Source: Armatimonadota bacterium
GTDB lineage: Bacteria; Armatimonadota; UBA5829; DTLH01
DNA: 64,000 bases
Direction of reading: 5' to 3'
Assembly: GCA_038207085.1 (NCBI GenBank)
Contig: JBBRAE010000005.1
Span: 64,001 to 128,000, forward strand
Part shown: piece by piece, positions 1 through 10,360 of the stretch
How the letters are laid out: every line of letters starts with the position of its first letter
Numbering within the stretch: position 1 is the stretch's first letter
Notes under the pieces: model-generated
The model's database searches: none
Seen by the model: only the letters and a program-made list of their open reading frames with translations
Told to the model about the DNA's origin: nothing
Program-made: the position numbers and the translations under genes

Positions 1-2
1 CT

Positions 3-2759
3 CTTGACACATATGGCAGCAGGGCCGACTTCGCGGTGTCCGAAAACCGTGCATATATTGTTAGTTACCAAGCCTGGCCGCCAGTGTTTCGGGATCAGGG
101 GCTGAACATCTTGGACATATCGGATCATTCCAACGTCAAACGCATCTACAGGACACCTGTCAGTGCAAAAGGGGTTGCTGTCGATGGTGGTTTGGTGTAT
201 ATGTGTGGCACCACAGGTCTGTCTATCCTTGACCCGGGTGCGCTGCAACCACCACTTGCAGCAAACAATGGATATCTTAATGATTCCGTGCAAGATATGG
301 CGGTTCAGGGACAGTATGCGTACCTCGCAGTTGAACCCAATGTGCTTAAGGTAGTCGATATCTCGGACATGGCAGCTCCGGTTCTCAAGGGAGAAGCGCC
401 CACCTCGTCCAAGCCCCAAGGCATAGCGGTCTCAGGAAGCTACGCCTGCGTCAGCACAAGCGAAAAATTGCAGGTCTTTGACGTTTCAGTTCCCACCGCC
501 CCAGTTCTGAAGGGAGAGGTAAGCTGCCCGCCTGGTCCTGTGGCCATCTGGACACACTACGCATGTCTCTATTCGAGCAACAGGTTCTTTGTCATCGACC
601 TATCGGACCCGGTGCACCCCGTTGTTACCGGCCAAACTATGCTATCACTTGGATCCTCAAAGACCAGACCCAAGGTCATCGCATCCGGAGGCTACGCGTA
701 TATAAGCAACTACACCTACGGGGTTGCCATAGTCGATATTTGAAAACCATCTGCTCCTGTCCAAGTTGGCGGATACCCGTGCAACACGCTAACGAGCTTT
801 GAGATCAAAGGCAATACTTTGTTCGCTGGCACTGTCCAGAACTGGATGGAGATCGTGGACATTTCCAATCCCGCCACACCCGTAAGAATAAGAATTGACC
901 CGCGAACACTGAAGTCCGGAATACGTGGACTATCATCCTACGGGTCCTTCCTCGGCGTCTTAGGAAATGACGATAACCTCTATCTATTTGACGCGGGGCT
1001 TATCGACGAGCAACCCGCGATGTGGTATCGTGAAGCGGTATACAGCATTCCGGCTCGCACTGGTAGCCCTCAATTTAGCAGTCCATTGCCCTCATTCACG
1101 CTGACGTCTGCCGGAGCGTGCATTGGCGTCGCCGTCCCACAACTGACCCCTTACGGCGACCCAAGCCAAGCCGCCCAAGGGCTGCATACGATCAGCATAC
1201 CCAACGTCGATGCGAAGCTCAAGATCGGCGAAGCAATACTTGGGGCAGCCATCACAGATGTCGAAGCCAGCGGACAGCAGGTATTTGCGATCGGCCTCGG
1301 TGGAATTCTGGTTTCACTGGACACCTCCGACCCGACACAGCCCAGGTTGCAGGGCATCACAATTACCGCCGACAACAATATCCAGTTCCTGCGCGACCAA
1401 TACCTGACACTCGGGAACAGCTGGGGATGGGAGACTTACGACGTTTCGCTCCCTGCAAAGCCCACAAAAGTCGGCGCAAACACCTCTATAAAGGGACCCA
1501 AGTCAACCATCTGTGGGAGCTTTGCCTACGCGATCGACGGCTCATCAGCGATGCAGGTCGTCAGCATCTCAGATCCTGCGCCTATGAAGGTCGTCGCCGC
1601 GGTGAACCTGAATGGGCGGATCGATGGCATCACATCGTCAGATCACTATATTTATGTAGGCCTTTCCGGCGTGGCTGGCACGTCTGGTGGGGTACTCGCA
1701 GTGCTCAACGCAACCGATCCACTGAATCCAGTCAAGGTCGGCGAGATCACTTGGGCAAATAACAACTACGTGTACGAACTTCGCACCCAGGGGCAGTATC
1801 TATACGCGAAGATGAGCAACTCACTCAATATAGTCGACGTGTCAGTCCCAACAAGCCCCAAAGTCGTAGGAAGTCTGGTCATTAATCTGCCCGGAGATTA
1901 TCGACCAGTCGGCGATCGCCTCTACTTCACAACTGGCGCGAGCGTCGGTGTCGTAGATATCTCAGACCCCACCAACCCACGGCTTGTTCAGACAATCCCA
2001 ATGCCGATGCGCCCGGAAGACCGCGTGCCCATATTGCCTATGAGCGTATCCGGCGAGAATGTATTTGTCGCTGCAGGCACATCGGGCGTGTTCATATTCG
2101 GTCCGACACCCACGCCTGAGCTCGCCTACACCGGCCAACTCTTCGTAAGCGTCGGCGGGATAGACCTCTCGGCAACTCCTGTGGGCAAGAGCCCAACCCC
2201 GAACCTCGACCTCAAGTTCAAAGCGCAGGGCGTCTCGGGAGGGCTCTACCTCACCAACACAGTCGTGACAAACGTGATTGGATGCGCCTCCGTCAGGGCT
2301 GTCTGGCCCGCAGGCGTCTACGAGGTGAGCGTCACCGATGCAGGCGGCAGGCCCTACTCCAAACCCACCGCCGTAGCGATCTACAACCCCTCCAAGAAGG
2401 GCGACGCAGTTGCCGGAACGATTGTCGCAGGCGCGGGGCGGCAGGTCTCCCTCGGCATGCTCTGTGAGGCCGGTCCAGCACCCGGCTCGATGCTCCTGGT
2501 CGATCCAAACTCCGGGGCCAGAGTCGTCTCAAGCAGCCTGCGGAGGACGAAGTTCGTCGAGCAGAACGCGGTGTACTCCGGCATCTGCAGCTTCCAGGCA
2601 GGTAGCGGCCGAAGTGTGTCCGCCTGCGTCGAGCTTATAGTCGGCTCTAAAGGAAACAACTCAGCGGCGAGCGTCCGGGTCAAGAGGTCACAGGCGAGCC
2701 AGGACGCGCTCTACGAGGCCTCAGGCCCTTTGAAAAACGGCGGGATCAGACTGCAGTAG
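3..2759 (+). pseudogene. Large LVIVD-repeat (beta-propeller-like) protein, 5'-truncated by the window edge and interrupted by one in-frame TGA at 741-743
   Basis: ORFs 36..743 and 819..2759 are in the same frame, which is open from position 3. Repeated 'xxDISDPxxPxxxG' units occur throughout. The stop falls in 'VDI*KPSAPVQVG', where other repeats have Ser. Confidence 0.8.
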
Positions 2760-2767
2760 AAAGAGAC

Positions 2768-2800
2768 ACGTTGCCCGCTCTCTTGGGGGCGGGCAACGTT
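2768..2800 (+). terminator. GC-rich hairpin after the LVIVD gene
   Basis: ACGTTGCCCGC...GCGGGCAACGT inverted repeat just after the stop codon. Confidence 0.5.
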
Positions 2801-2816
2801 GACAAACCATCACGTT

Positions 2817-3167
2817 CTATCCCTGATCCGTTTGATGAACCAGTAGTACAAGCCTGGAAAAAGCACCCAGCCGAGCAAGCGCAGCCTTGCTCGAGTTGTA
2901 GACCGGAGCGTACGCCGAGGGCAGGAACCCGACGAGGCTTGATTCGTTGATCACCGTCCCCCACCCCTGCCGCTCCATCACCCCGAGCGCGAGCTTCACC
3001 CCCTCGGCCGTCGCAAAGAAATTGAGGTCAAAATACGCACGGACGTCCTCCATAGAGGTCTCGCTAAACGGCCCAACAAACCCCGCGCCCGCATCGTTCA
3101 CAAACACGTCGGTCGGCACGACAAGCGCCTTGGCCCCAAGCTTCTCAATCTCGTCCTTAAGCTCATT
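2817..3167 (-). pseudogene. Short-chain dehydrogenase/reductase (SDR) remnant
   Basis: Reads ...EIEKLGAKALVVPTDV-FVNDAG...INESS...YNSSK (NNAG-like and YxxxK motifs). It lacks the N-terminal TGxxxGxG, has an internal deletion and a degenerate C-terminus. Confidence 0.75.
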
Positions 3168-3171
3168 CTAC

Positions 3172-3330
3172 GTTGGCCCGGATTTGAAATCCGGGGCCTG
3201 TTGGCAAACAAGGGATCTGTGATCCCGTTCTTTCGACCGTGCCCAATCAACCGGCATAACAGATGCCTATTCGGCACAGACGTCCCGGATTGCAAATCCG
3301 GACGAACGATAGGTGCAAATCCGGACGAAC
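3172..3330. repeat. Dispersed REPIN-like element, family B, copy 1
   Basis: 159 bp, near-identical to 38653-38811; terminal hairpins CCCGGATTTGAAATCCGGG and CCGGATTGCAAATCCGG. Confidence 0.85.
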
Positions 3331-3439
3331 AAGATGGAAATCTATCTCTCGACAAGAGGCACTGCCTATCGACCTCCACTCACCTCTTAATTTTGACTTT
3401 TGCACTTTGCATTTTTCATTTTGCATTTCCCCCTCACTC

Positions 3440-3455
3440 TGGCACGCAAATTGCA
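3440..3455 (+). promoter_or_regulatory. Sigma-54 (-24/-12) promoter
   Basis: TGGCAC-GCAAA-TTGCA, an exact match to TGGCAC-N5-TTGCW directly upstream of a CDS. Confidence 0.7.
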
Positions 3456-3465
3456 TTATAAATAG

Positions 3466-5022
3466 ATGAAAGAGTCGTTCATCATCATGACGTTACCGCT
3501 CTACCGAATCATACTGGCCGCCATATCGATTTTATTCGCAGCAGGGGTCCCTTGCGGCGCTGTGCGCTATTACGTCGACGCGGGCTCGACTGCTGTCGTG
3601 CGCGACGGATCGTCCTGGGCAAAGGCGTTCAAGAAGATTGGTGACGCCGTCGCGGTCGCAAAGTTCGGCTCAGAGATCTGGGTCAAGGCCGGGGTCTATC
3701 AGGAGCCGCCGCTTGTTCTGAACTCCTATTTGTGGCTCTACGGCGGATTTATCGGCTTTGAGACCAAACAAGAGTACCGTATCCCGGGCGCGTTCCCGAG
3801 CATAATCGATGTAGACCGCCAGGGCAGCGTCATCACCGTCGCAAGAGATAAGCGCTGCACCATCGACGGCTTTACGATTCGAAACGGTTTCGCAATGTAT
3901 GGAGGCGGGCTGAACTGCCAGACCAACTCCGTTGTCAACATGCGAAACTGCCGAATCGAAGGCTGTGAGGCGACTTACGCCGGAGGCGGAGCGTACTTTG
4001 GCACCTATGCGCCGATGGACTTTATCGGCGGACTGACCGACTGCGTGGTCATCGGCAACACCTCAGCGCAGGGCGGCGGGGTGGTGATCGAGTATCACTG
4101 CGCGGCGGTCTTGACGCGCTGTCTAATCATCCGAAACCACGCGACATCAAACGGCGGCGGGGTCTACTGTCCGTTTCACTGCGATGGCCGGATGTACTAC
4201 TGCACCGTCGCTTACAACTCGGCCGGTGAGACGTCCGGCGGCGCTTACGTGCACTACGGTGGCAACGTCGCTTTCACGAACAGTATCTTTGCCTTCAACT
4301 CTGCGCCCACTTCAGGCGGGCTCGGTGGAGGCGGCGGGACCAACTCGCTGCAGTACAGCTACTGCAACCTTTTTGGCAATCAGGGCGGCGACTGGGGTGG
4401 AAACATCCTTGACCCGTCGAGGTTTCTCGGAAACTACTCGGCGGACCCGAGGTTCATCGCCCCGGAGCGCGATGAGTTTCATCTATGGTCAAATTCACCC
4501 TGCACAAGCGCGGGGTGCTTCGCAGTTGAGAGCCCTTACCGGATCGAGCGCATCGGAGTCGCAAAGAGCCTGCCCACAGGCACGAGTGTGCGGCTTCGGG
4601 GCAAGATCGTCTCCGGTGTGCGTGATGGAATCACCTACATTCAGGAGCACGACCGGGCGGCGGCGATCGCTGTCACAGGGCTTTCGGGTTACACATCGGG
4701 TCAGGTGCTTCGGGACATCACCGGCGTGATCAGCGGCGACGTACGAACCCTTGCCGCAGGCACGACGACAACCCAGGCGGGGTTCAGCTACCCGTTCAAA
4801 CCGCTTGGGACGAATGTGTCGTCCATCGCGACGCTCACGGGCATGATGTCGCGGACCTGGGGCCGAGTCACAGGCCTTACCGTGGAGGGATTTGTGATAA
4901 ATGACGGGCGCACAGAGCTTCAGGTGATAGCAAGCGGCGCGTCGGTCGGCGATTTTGTTGTGGTAACGGGCGTGTATGCGCTCGATGGAAAGTTTGCGGC
5001 TGTTTCAGTCGTAAGAAAGTGA
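3466..5022 (+). CDS. Secreted right-handed parallel beta-helix (pectin-lyase-fold, DUF1565-like) protein with C-terminal OB-like domains
   Basis: Signal-peptide-like N-terminus, 'YYVD...DGSSWAKAFKKI' motif, repeated 'NxAxxGGG' units. The start may be the ATG at 3487. Confidence 0.75.
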   Translation: MKESFIIMTLPLYRIILAAISILFAAGVPCGAVRYYVDAGSTAVVRDGSSWAKAFKKIGDAVAVAKFGSEIWVKAGVYQEPPLVLNSYLWLYGGFIGFETKQEYRIPGAFPSIIDVDRQGSVITVARDKRCTIDGFTIRNGFAMYGGGLNCQTNSVVNMRNCRIEGCEATYAGGGAYFGTYAPMDFIGGLTDCVVIGNTSAQGGGVVIEYHCAAVLTRCLIIRNHATSNGGGVYCPFHCDGRMYYCTVAYNSAGETSGGAYVHYGGNVAFTNSIFAFNSAPTSGGLGGGGGTNSLQYSYCNLFGNQGGDWGGNILDPSRFLGNYSADPRFIAPERDEFHLWSNSPCTSAGCFAVESPYRIERIGVAKSLPTGTSVRLRGKIVSGVRDGITYIQEHDRAAAIAVTGLSGYTSGQVLRDITGVISGDVRTLAAGTTTTQAGFSYPFKPLGTNVSSIATLTGMMSRTWGRVTGLTVEGFVINDGRTELQVIASGASVGDFVVVTGVYALDGKFAAVSVVRK

Positions 5023-5034
5023 TTGGAGGTGAAT

Positions 5035-5235
5035 GTGAACAGGCTGATTTTTGTAGTTGAAAACGCACCCGAAGGCGGTTACGTCGCCCGCGCGCTTGGC
5101 ACAACGCTCTCTGCAAACGCGGAGGACTTGATCGAGCTTCGTCTGCGCGTTCAAGAGACCGTTCGGATGCAGATCGGTGACTGCGAGGCAGAACAGATCG
5201 GGTTTTTCGATCTTTCAAGGTCAATGGGGGCATAA
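5035..5235 (+). CDS. Small HicB-like-fold hypothetical protein
   Basis: GGAGGT RBS then GTG; 'LIFVVENAPEGGYVARALG...AEDLIELRLRVQETV' resembles the HicB N-terminal partial RNase H fold. Confidence 0.55.
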   Translation: MNRLIFVVENAPEGGYVARALGTTLSANAEDLIELRLRVQETVRMQIGDCEAEQIGFFDLSRSMGA

Positions 5236-5252
5236 CCAAACCCCCACCCAAA

Positions 5253-5882
5253 CTAGCCCCTGATCCACGGGTTCATGCGTCGTTCAGCGCCGATAGTCGA
5301 GCTCGGCCCGTGCCCGGGGTAGATGACGGTGTCGTCGGGCAGGGTGAGCAGCCGGTCATGTATCGACTCAAGAAGCGTCTCTGCCGAGCCACCCATAAAG
5401 TCGGTGCGCCCGATACTTCCCTCAAAGAGCGTGTCGCCTGTAAAGCAGGTCTTCCCCGAGACAAAGCACACTCCACCGGGTGTGTGCCCGGGCGTGTGGA
5501 TCACCCGAAGCTCGGTCTCCCCAAGCGCGATCACATCTCCGTGGTTCAAAAACTCCCCTAAGGTCGGCTCAATGTAGCGAGAAACGTCGTAGAAAAGCTC
5601 GACCAAGCCCGTTTCGTCGTGGAGCTGCGGCAGATCAAGCTCGTGCATCAACAGCTTAACACCGGGAAACTTCTGCTGAAGCTCGCCTGCGGCAAAGGAA
5701 TGGTCCGAGTGGCCGTGGGTGAGCAAAATATGCTTGAGCAGAGCGTCGTTGTCCTCTATCACACGGGCGATCACATCGGGCTCGTCACCGGGGTCGATAA
5801 CCGCCGCCTCGCGAGTTGACTGATCAATAACAAGGTAACAATTGGCCCCGAGTTGGCCCACGACTATTGGTTTGATTTCCAT
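5253..5882 (-). CDS. Metallo-beta-lactamase-fold hydrolase (glyoxalase II-like)
   Basis: THGHSDH, HTPGHTPG, FTGDTLF and PGHG motifs. Confidence 0.92.
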   Translation of the reverse strand: MEIKPIVVGQLGANCYLVIDQSTREAAVIDPGDEPDVIARVIEDNDALLKHILLTHGHSDHSFAAGELQQKFPGVKLLMHELDLPQLHDETGLVELFYDVSRYIEPTLGEFLNHGDVIALGETELRVIHTPGHTPGGVCFVSGKTCFTGDTLFEGSIGRTDFMGGSAETLLESIHDRLLTLPDDTVIYPGHGPSSTIGAERRMNPWIRG

Positions 5883-6758
5883 TTAGCAGCTTTCTTCCGT
5901 AGTCTGTTGTCTCATCTTCCGAAGGTTCACCGCGTCGAACGCGTCGAGCTGTCCCGCCTGCCTGTAGTGCGCGTAGGCTTCTCTGTCCGCCCCCTCGCGC
6001 GCATAGGCGTCTGCGAGGATCGCGTGGTAGGCCTGGTCCGCTGGCTTGAGCTCCACGGCACGTTTCATCGCGTGTATCGAGTCCGACACATAGCCCGCAC
6101 GAAGGTAGAGCATCCCTAGACGAATATTGTAATATGCGTCAAGCGGCGAGAATATCGTCGCCTGCTGCATCTCGATGATCGCGTCGGCCACACGCCCGGC
6201 GATGAGATAAAGGTCTCCGAGCCAGAAGTGATAGAACCCGTCAGACTCAGTCACCTGCACCGCGATCTCCAGATGCAGTATCGCCTCATCGACGAGCCCC
6301 ATCTGTGCGAGCGCGTCCCCAAGCTTGTACCTGTAGAACGGGTTCAAGGGGTTGTATTGCACGGCCTTGCGGTATTCGCCGACAGCAGCATAAAGCTTGC
6401 CGTAGCGGCGATATATCTCCGCAAGCCCAAAATGCGGCTCCGCGCGCCTGGGTTTGAGCTTGAGCGACTTTCGATACTCGGAGACGGCTTTGACAGAGTC
6501 TTCGGAGTAAGCGTAGGCGTCACCGAGGCGCTCACGAAAGTGAACATTTGCGCCTTCCATCTGCACCGCTTTTCGATAGTGCAGAATCGCGTCCTCAACG
6601 CGCCCTTCATTGCAGAGCCCGTCACCTATCTGCGCTCGTTCAAAGGCCGATGGGTCGCGCTTAGCTTGGGGCCGAGCATTGGGGTCGGTCCGCATGCGCT
6701 CTTCAAACTTGCCTTCGAGCCGTTCTGTATTTACGTTATCGAACTTGTTTTCTTCCAT
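5883..6758 (-). CDS. Tetratricopeptide repeat protein
   Basis: About six 34-aa TPR units (LGDAY...A...Y.KA...P); start codon uncertain (6758 or 6794). Confidence 0.88.
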   Translation of the reverse strand: MEENKFDNVNTERLEGKFEERMRTDPNARPQAKRDPSAFERAQIGDGLCNEGRVEDAILHYRKAVQMEGANVHFRERLGDAYAYSEDSVKAVSEYRKSLKLKPRRAEPHFGLAEIYRRYGKLYAAVGEYRKAVQYNPLNPFYRYKLGDALAQMGLVDEAILHLEIAVQVTESDGFYHFWLGDLYLIAGRVADAIIEMQQATIFSPLDAYYNIRLGMLYLRAGYVSDSIHAMKRAVELKPADQAYHAILADAYAREGADREAYAHYRQAGQLDAFDAVNLRKMRQQTTEESC

Positions 6759-6821
6759 ATCACTTACTATATCAACCGCCGAAGTAGGCAGCACACCATT
6801 TATTCGTTGCTCAGTTCACCG

Positions 6822-6955
6822 ACAAACTCACGTAGTGGCCGGTCGCCGTGCCGGCCATCAGCACCAAAGGCGCTGCGCCAACTGTGTAATCTCATATACA
6901 TGATCATTTGTACGACGCGTCTCGCGTCGATGGCCAGCCAGCGACCGGCCACTAC
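6822..6955. repeat. REPIN family A, copy 1 (downstream of RAYT)
   Basis: GTAG-TGGCCGG...CCGGCCA REP at 6832 and an inverted REP ending CTAC at 6955; direct repeat of 7485-7618. Confidence 0.92.
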
Positions 6956-6966
6956 ATCAACTGCAC

Positions 6967-7455
6967 CTATAACGGCAGAATATCGGGCATACCGGAGTAC
7001 GGCCACAAATCCGCAGTCTCCGCCAATCCTCCCCTTATCGGATTCTCCAGAATGTACTGGCAAATTGCAATTGTATCCTCATCCCTACGCGCTATGTGAT
7101 CGTACCAACTCCGCTGCCACAACTGACCTTCACCTTCGTGCTTTCGATAGATCATAGTCGTAAAGCTCTTGAATTGGCCAATGACACTACCTACAGACGC
7201 TTGTTCCTCTGTGGGCGACAGCGCCAGATGCAAGTGATCAGGCATCAGACAATACGCATACAGCCGAATGATCCCCTTGTCACGCCTCCACAACAGAGCA
7301 TCAACAACATCGCGAGCCAGCAAGGGATCTTCAAAAACCCGCTGTTTGTCGGTCGTGCACATGGTTGCAAAATAGACCATGTTAGGGTCAGAATAGCTAA
7401 CATCCTCAAGTCGCATCCGTTTGCGAAGATAGCATCGCTCTCGAGTTTCGCTCAT
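6967..7455 (-). mobile_element. rayT: REP-associated tyrosine transposase (RAYT, Y1/HUH family)
   Basis: YFATMCT, YCLMPDHLHL (HUH), FKSFT, LWQRSWYDHIAR and YILENP (catalytic Tyr); flanked by GTAG-type REPs. Confidence 0.92.
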
Positions 7456-7484
7456 ACACAATCCCCAACAAACGCCATATCGCC

Positions 7485-7618
7485 ACAAACTCACGTAGTG
7501 GCCGGTCGCCGTGCCGGCCATCAGCGCCAAAGGCGCTGCGCCAACTGTGTAATCTCATATACGTGATCATTTGTACGACGCGTCCCGCGTCGATGGCCGG
7601 CCAGCGACCGGCCACTAC
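7485..7618. repeat. REPIN family A, copy 2 (upstream of RAYT)
   Basis: 134-bp direct repeat of 6822-6955 with 4 substitutions. Confidence 0.92.
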
Positions 7619-7637
7619 AATTTCCCATCGGCGGACA

Positions 7638-8090
7638 TCACAATCTAAACTCCGCGCTGTCCATAACAATCGTCACCGGCCCATCGTTCTGTATCCCAAA
7701 TAGCATATGTGCTTGGAACTGTCCGGTTTTGATCGGCACGCCAAGGCCTCGCAGATGTTCGACGAACTTCTGATAGAGCCTGTCGGCATCCCCCGGTGGG
7801 GCTGCCTTGTCGAACCCCGGGCGGCGGCCACGTCTAACATCTGCATAAAGCGTGAACTGCGAAACAACCAGCGCTTCCCCGCCGATATCGAGCACTGAGA
7901 GATTCATTTTACCCGCTTCGTCCTCGAAAATCCTGAGGTTAGCTACCTTATCGGCAAGCTTGGGGATGTCGCGCTCTGTGTCACCCTGACCTACACCCAA
8001 AAGTATCGCAAGACCCCGGCCGATTCGCGATATCTCGCGGCCCTCGACCGTGACGCTCGCCCCTGTTACCCTCTGAAGCACGAGCCTCAT
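7638..8090 (-). CDS. dtd: D-aminoacyl-tRNA deacylase
   Basis: [14 protein letters not shown] and NDGPVT motifs; follows rel. Confidence 0.97.
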   Translation of the reverse strand: MRLVLQRVTGASVTVEGREISRIGRGLAILLGVGQGDTERDIPKLADKVANLRIFEDEAGKMNLSVLDIGGEALVVSQFTLYADVRRGRRPGFDKAAPPGDADRLYQKFVEHLRGLGVPIKTGQFQAHMLFGIQNDGPVTIVMDSAEFRL

Positions 8091-8091
8091 A

Positions 8092-10320
8092 CTACTTTAC
8101 TCCACCGGGGCTGTGCGCGGCAACCCTTTCAATCTTAAGAATATCAGAAAGCCTCCCGATCGCGTTCATCAGGTCGGTGAGGTGCGCAACGTCCCGCACC
8201 GCGACGTTTAGATCGAACGATGCATGCCTGTCAGGTAGCGACTTGATCTTGGCACCGGTGATGTTGGTGTTGGCGGTTGAAAATATCGCCGATATATCCT
8301 GCAGGAGCCCAACGCGGTCCAGCGCCTCGACCTTGATGTTGGCCTCGTAGCGCTCCCCGTCCGGCGTCCAGTCGACCGCGACCAGGCGTTCCTCTTCGTT
8401 CTGACGAAACGCGGTGACGTTTGGGCAGTTGGTGCGGTGAAGCACCATCCCCTTGCCCCGCGAGACGTAGCCGACTACCTCGTCACCGGGCACCGGAGCG
8501 CAGCACTTGGCGCGGATGATTGCGACCTGGTCGATCCCACCATCGAGCTGGATCGCAGGCTTACCCGACACCTGCGACTTGGCGATGGCAAACTCTTCGG
8601 GGTGCGGTTCCTCAGCTTTCAGCTTGTTTACGACCGCCCCAACCGCCACGTGTCCGTAGCCGATCGCTGCGAGAAGATCCTCATCTGACTGCAGGTTGAA
8701 TGTCCCCGCGATCTTTTGGAGCTTCTCCGGTTTCATCAGGCTTTGGGCGACCTGGCTTCCCAGGCGGTCGAGTTCGCGTTCAAGCACGGTTTTCCCCTGC
8801 CCCACGCTCTGGACGTATTCGAGCTTGCGGAAGTGCGCCTTGATACGGTTGCGCGCGTGCGAAGTCTTTACAAACAAGAGCCAGTCGCGGCTCGGCTGAC
8901 TGTTCGAGCGGGTAATGACCTCGACGATGTCGCCGTTTTTGAACTGGTACGCTAGCGGCACTATGCGACCGTTCACCTTGGCCCCAACACAGTGGTTCCC
9001 GACATCGCTGTGGATTCTAAAGGCAAAGTCCAGCGGAGTCGAACCGGCGGGCAGGTCAACAACATCGCCGCGCGGGGTGAAGACGAATACCTGATCGGTA
9101 AACAGATCGTCGATCACCGAGTGCAGAAACTCGTTTGCGTCCTTGGTATCGGCCTGCCAGTCGAAAAGCTGCTGGCGGAGCCACGACATCTTGCGCTCGA
9201 ACTCATCCCCCGCCCCAGCCTGCTCTTTGTAGCGCCAATGCGCGGCGATTCCAAAATCAGCCATCCGGTGCATGTCCCAGGTGCGAATCTGTATCTCAAG
9301 CGGCTCCCCGCGAGGCCCGATGACCTTGGTGTGAAGCGACTGGTACATGTTGGACTTCGGCTTTGCGATGTGATCCGCGAAACGGTCGGGAATCGGCATC
9401 CATTGGTCGTGCACGACACCCAGCGCGTGATAGCAGTCGGCAACGCTGTTTACGATGATGCGAAGCGCCGAGAGGTCGTAAATCTCGCTAAAGTCGACCC
9501 CTTCGCGGAGCGTCTTCTGATAAATACTGTAGAGGTGCTTTGGCCTGGCCTGGATCGTCGCCGAGATATGCTCATCGCGCAGTCGGTTTTGGATGATCTC
9601 GACCGCCTCTTTCAGGTCGGTTTCCCGCTCGACACGCGTGCGAGAGACTTTCTCCGCGGTCAGGGCGTACTCCTCGGGCTGAAGATACTTAAACGCGAGG
9701 TCCTCAAGCTCCCACTTCACCTTCCAAATCCCCAGGCGATGGGCGAGCGGGGAGAAGATCTGAAGCGTCTCCATCGCGACCTTTTTCTGCCGGTCCTCGG
9801 GGAGTCCCTGAAGAGTCATCATGTTGTGCAGCCGGTCGGCGAGCTTGATGACCATAACCCGCAGGTCACGCGCCATCGCAAGCAAAATCTTGCGCAGGTT
9901 CTCAGCGCTCCTGCTCGACTCGGCGTGCTTCTTCTTGGTGGCCCCGTCCACTTTCTCAGCATCGGTTGTCACCACGACGTCGAAATCGGCGAGTTTCAGC
10001 TTTGTGACTCCGTCGACCAGACGCGCAACGTCCGGGCCGAACTCTTTTTCAAGCTGCTCAAGCTTTACATCCTGGTCCTCGACCACGTCGTGAAGAAGCC
10101 CTGCGGCGATGCTGACCGAGTCCATTTCGAGGTCGGCCAAAATGCGTGCGGCTTCCAGGGGATGGGTGATATAGGGGTCGCCGGATAGACGTGCCTGCCC
10201 CTCGTGCGCCTTCTCGGCAAACCGGTAGGCGCGCTCGATAAGCTCGAAATTGGCGTCCGGGTTATACTCCCGCACGCGCTCGATTATGGAGTCTATAGTC
10301 GTGGCCATTGTCTTATGCAA
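8092..10320 (-). CDS. rel: Bifunctional (p)ppGpp synthetase/hydrolase (RelA/SpoT)
   Basis: HDVVED hydrolase, [22 protein letters not shown], plus TGS, ZFD and ACT domains. Confidence 0.97.
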   Translation of the reverse strand: MHKTMATTIDSIIERVREYNPDANFELIERAYRFAEKAHEGQARLSGDPYITHPLEAARILADLEMDSVSIAAGLLHDVVEDQDVKLEQLEKEFGPDVARLVDGVTKLKLADFDVVVTTDAEKVDGATKKKHAESSRSAENLRKILLAMARDLRVMVIKLADRLHNMMTLQGLPEDRQKKVAMETLQIFSPLAHRLGIWKVKWELEDLAFKYLQPEEYALTAEKVSRTRVERETDLKEAVEIIQNRLRDEHISATIQARPKHLYSIYQKTLREGVDFSEIYDLSALRIIVNSVADCYHALGVVHDQWMPIPDRFADHIAKPKSNMYQSLHTKVIGPRGEPLEIQIRTWDMHRMADFGIAAHWRYKEQAGAGDEFERKMSWLRQQLFDWQADTKDANEFLHSVIDDLFTDQVFVFTPRGDVVDLPAGSTPLDFAFRIHSDVGNHCVGAKVNGRIVPLAYQFKNGDIVEVITRSNSQPSRDWLLFVKTSHARNRIKAHFRKLEYVQSVGQGKTVLERELDRLGSQVAQSLMKPEKLQKIAGTFNLQSDEDLLAAIGYGHVAVGAVVNKLKAEEPHPEEFAIAKSQVSGKPAIQLDGGIDQVAIIRAKCCAPVPGDEVVGYVSRGKGMVLHRTNCPNVTAFRQNEEERLVAVDWTPDGERYEANIKVEALDRVGLLQDISAIFSTANTNITGAKIKSLPDRHASFDLNVAVRDVAHLTDLMNAIGRLSDILKIERVAAHSPGGVK

Positions 10321-10360
10321 GTAAGCGTTACGAACTGGTCCTTAGGTGCCACTTCACCAC

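Noticed and set aside
741..800. Selenocysteine recoding of the TGA
   Set aside because: The position corresponds to a repeat Ser, and I see no convincing bacterial SECIS hairpin.
3201..3461. Similar small ORFs at 3201 and 38616
   Set aside because: The similarity comes from the non-coding family B repeat.
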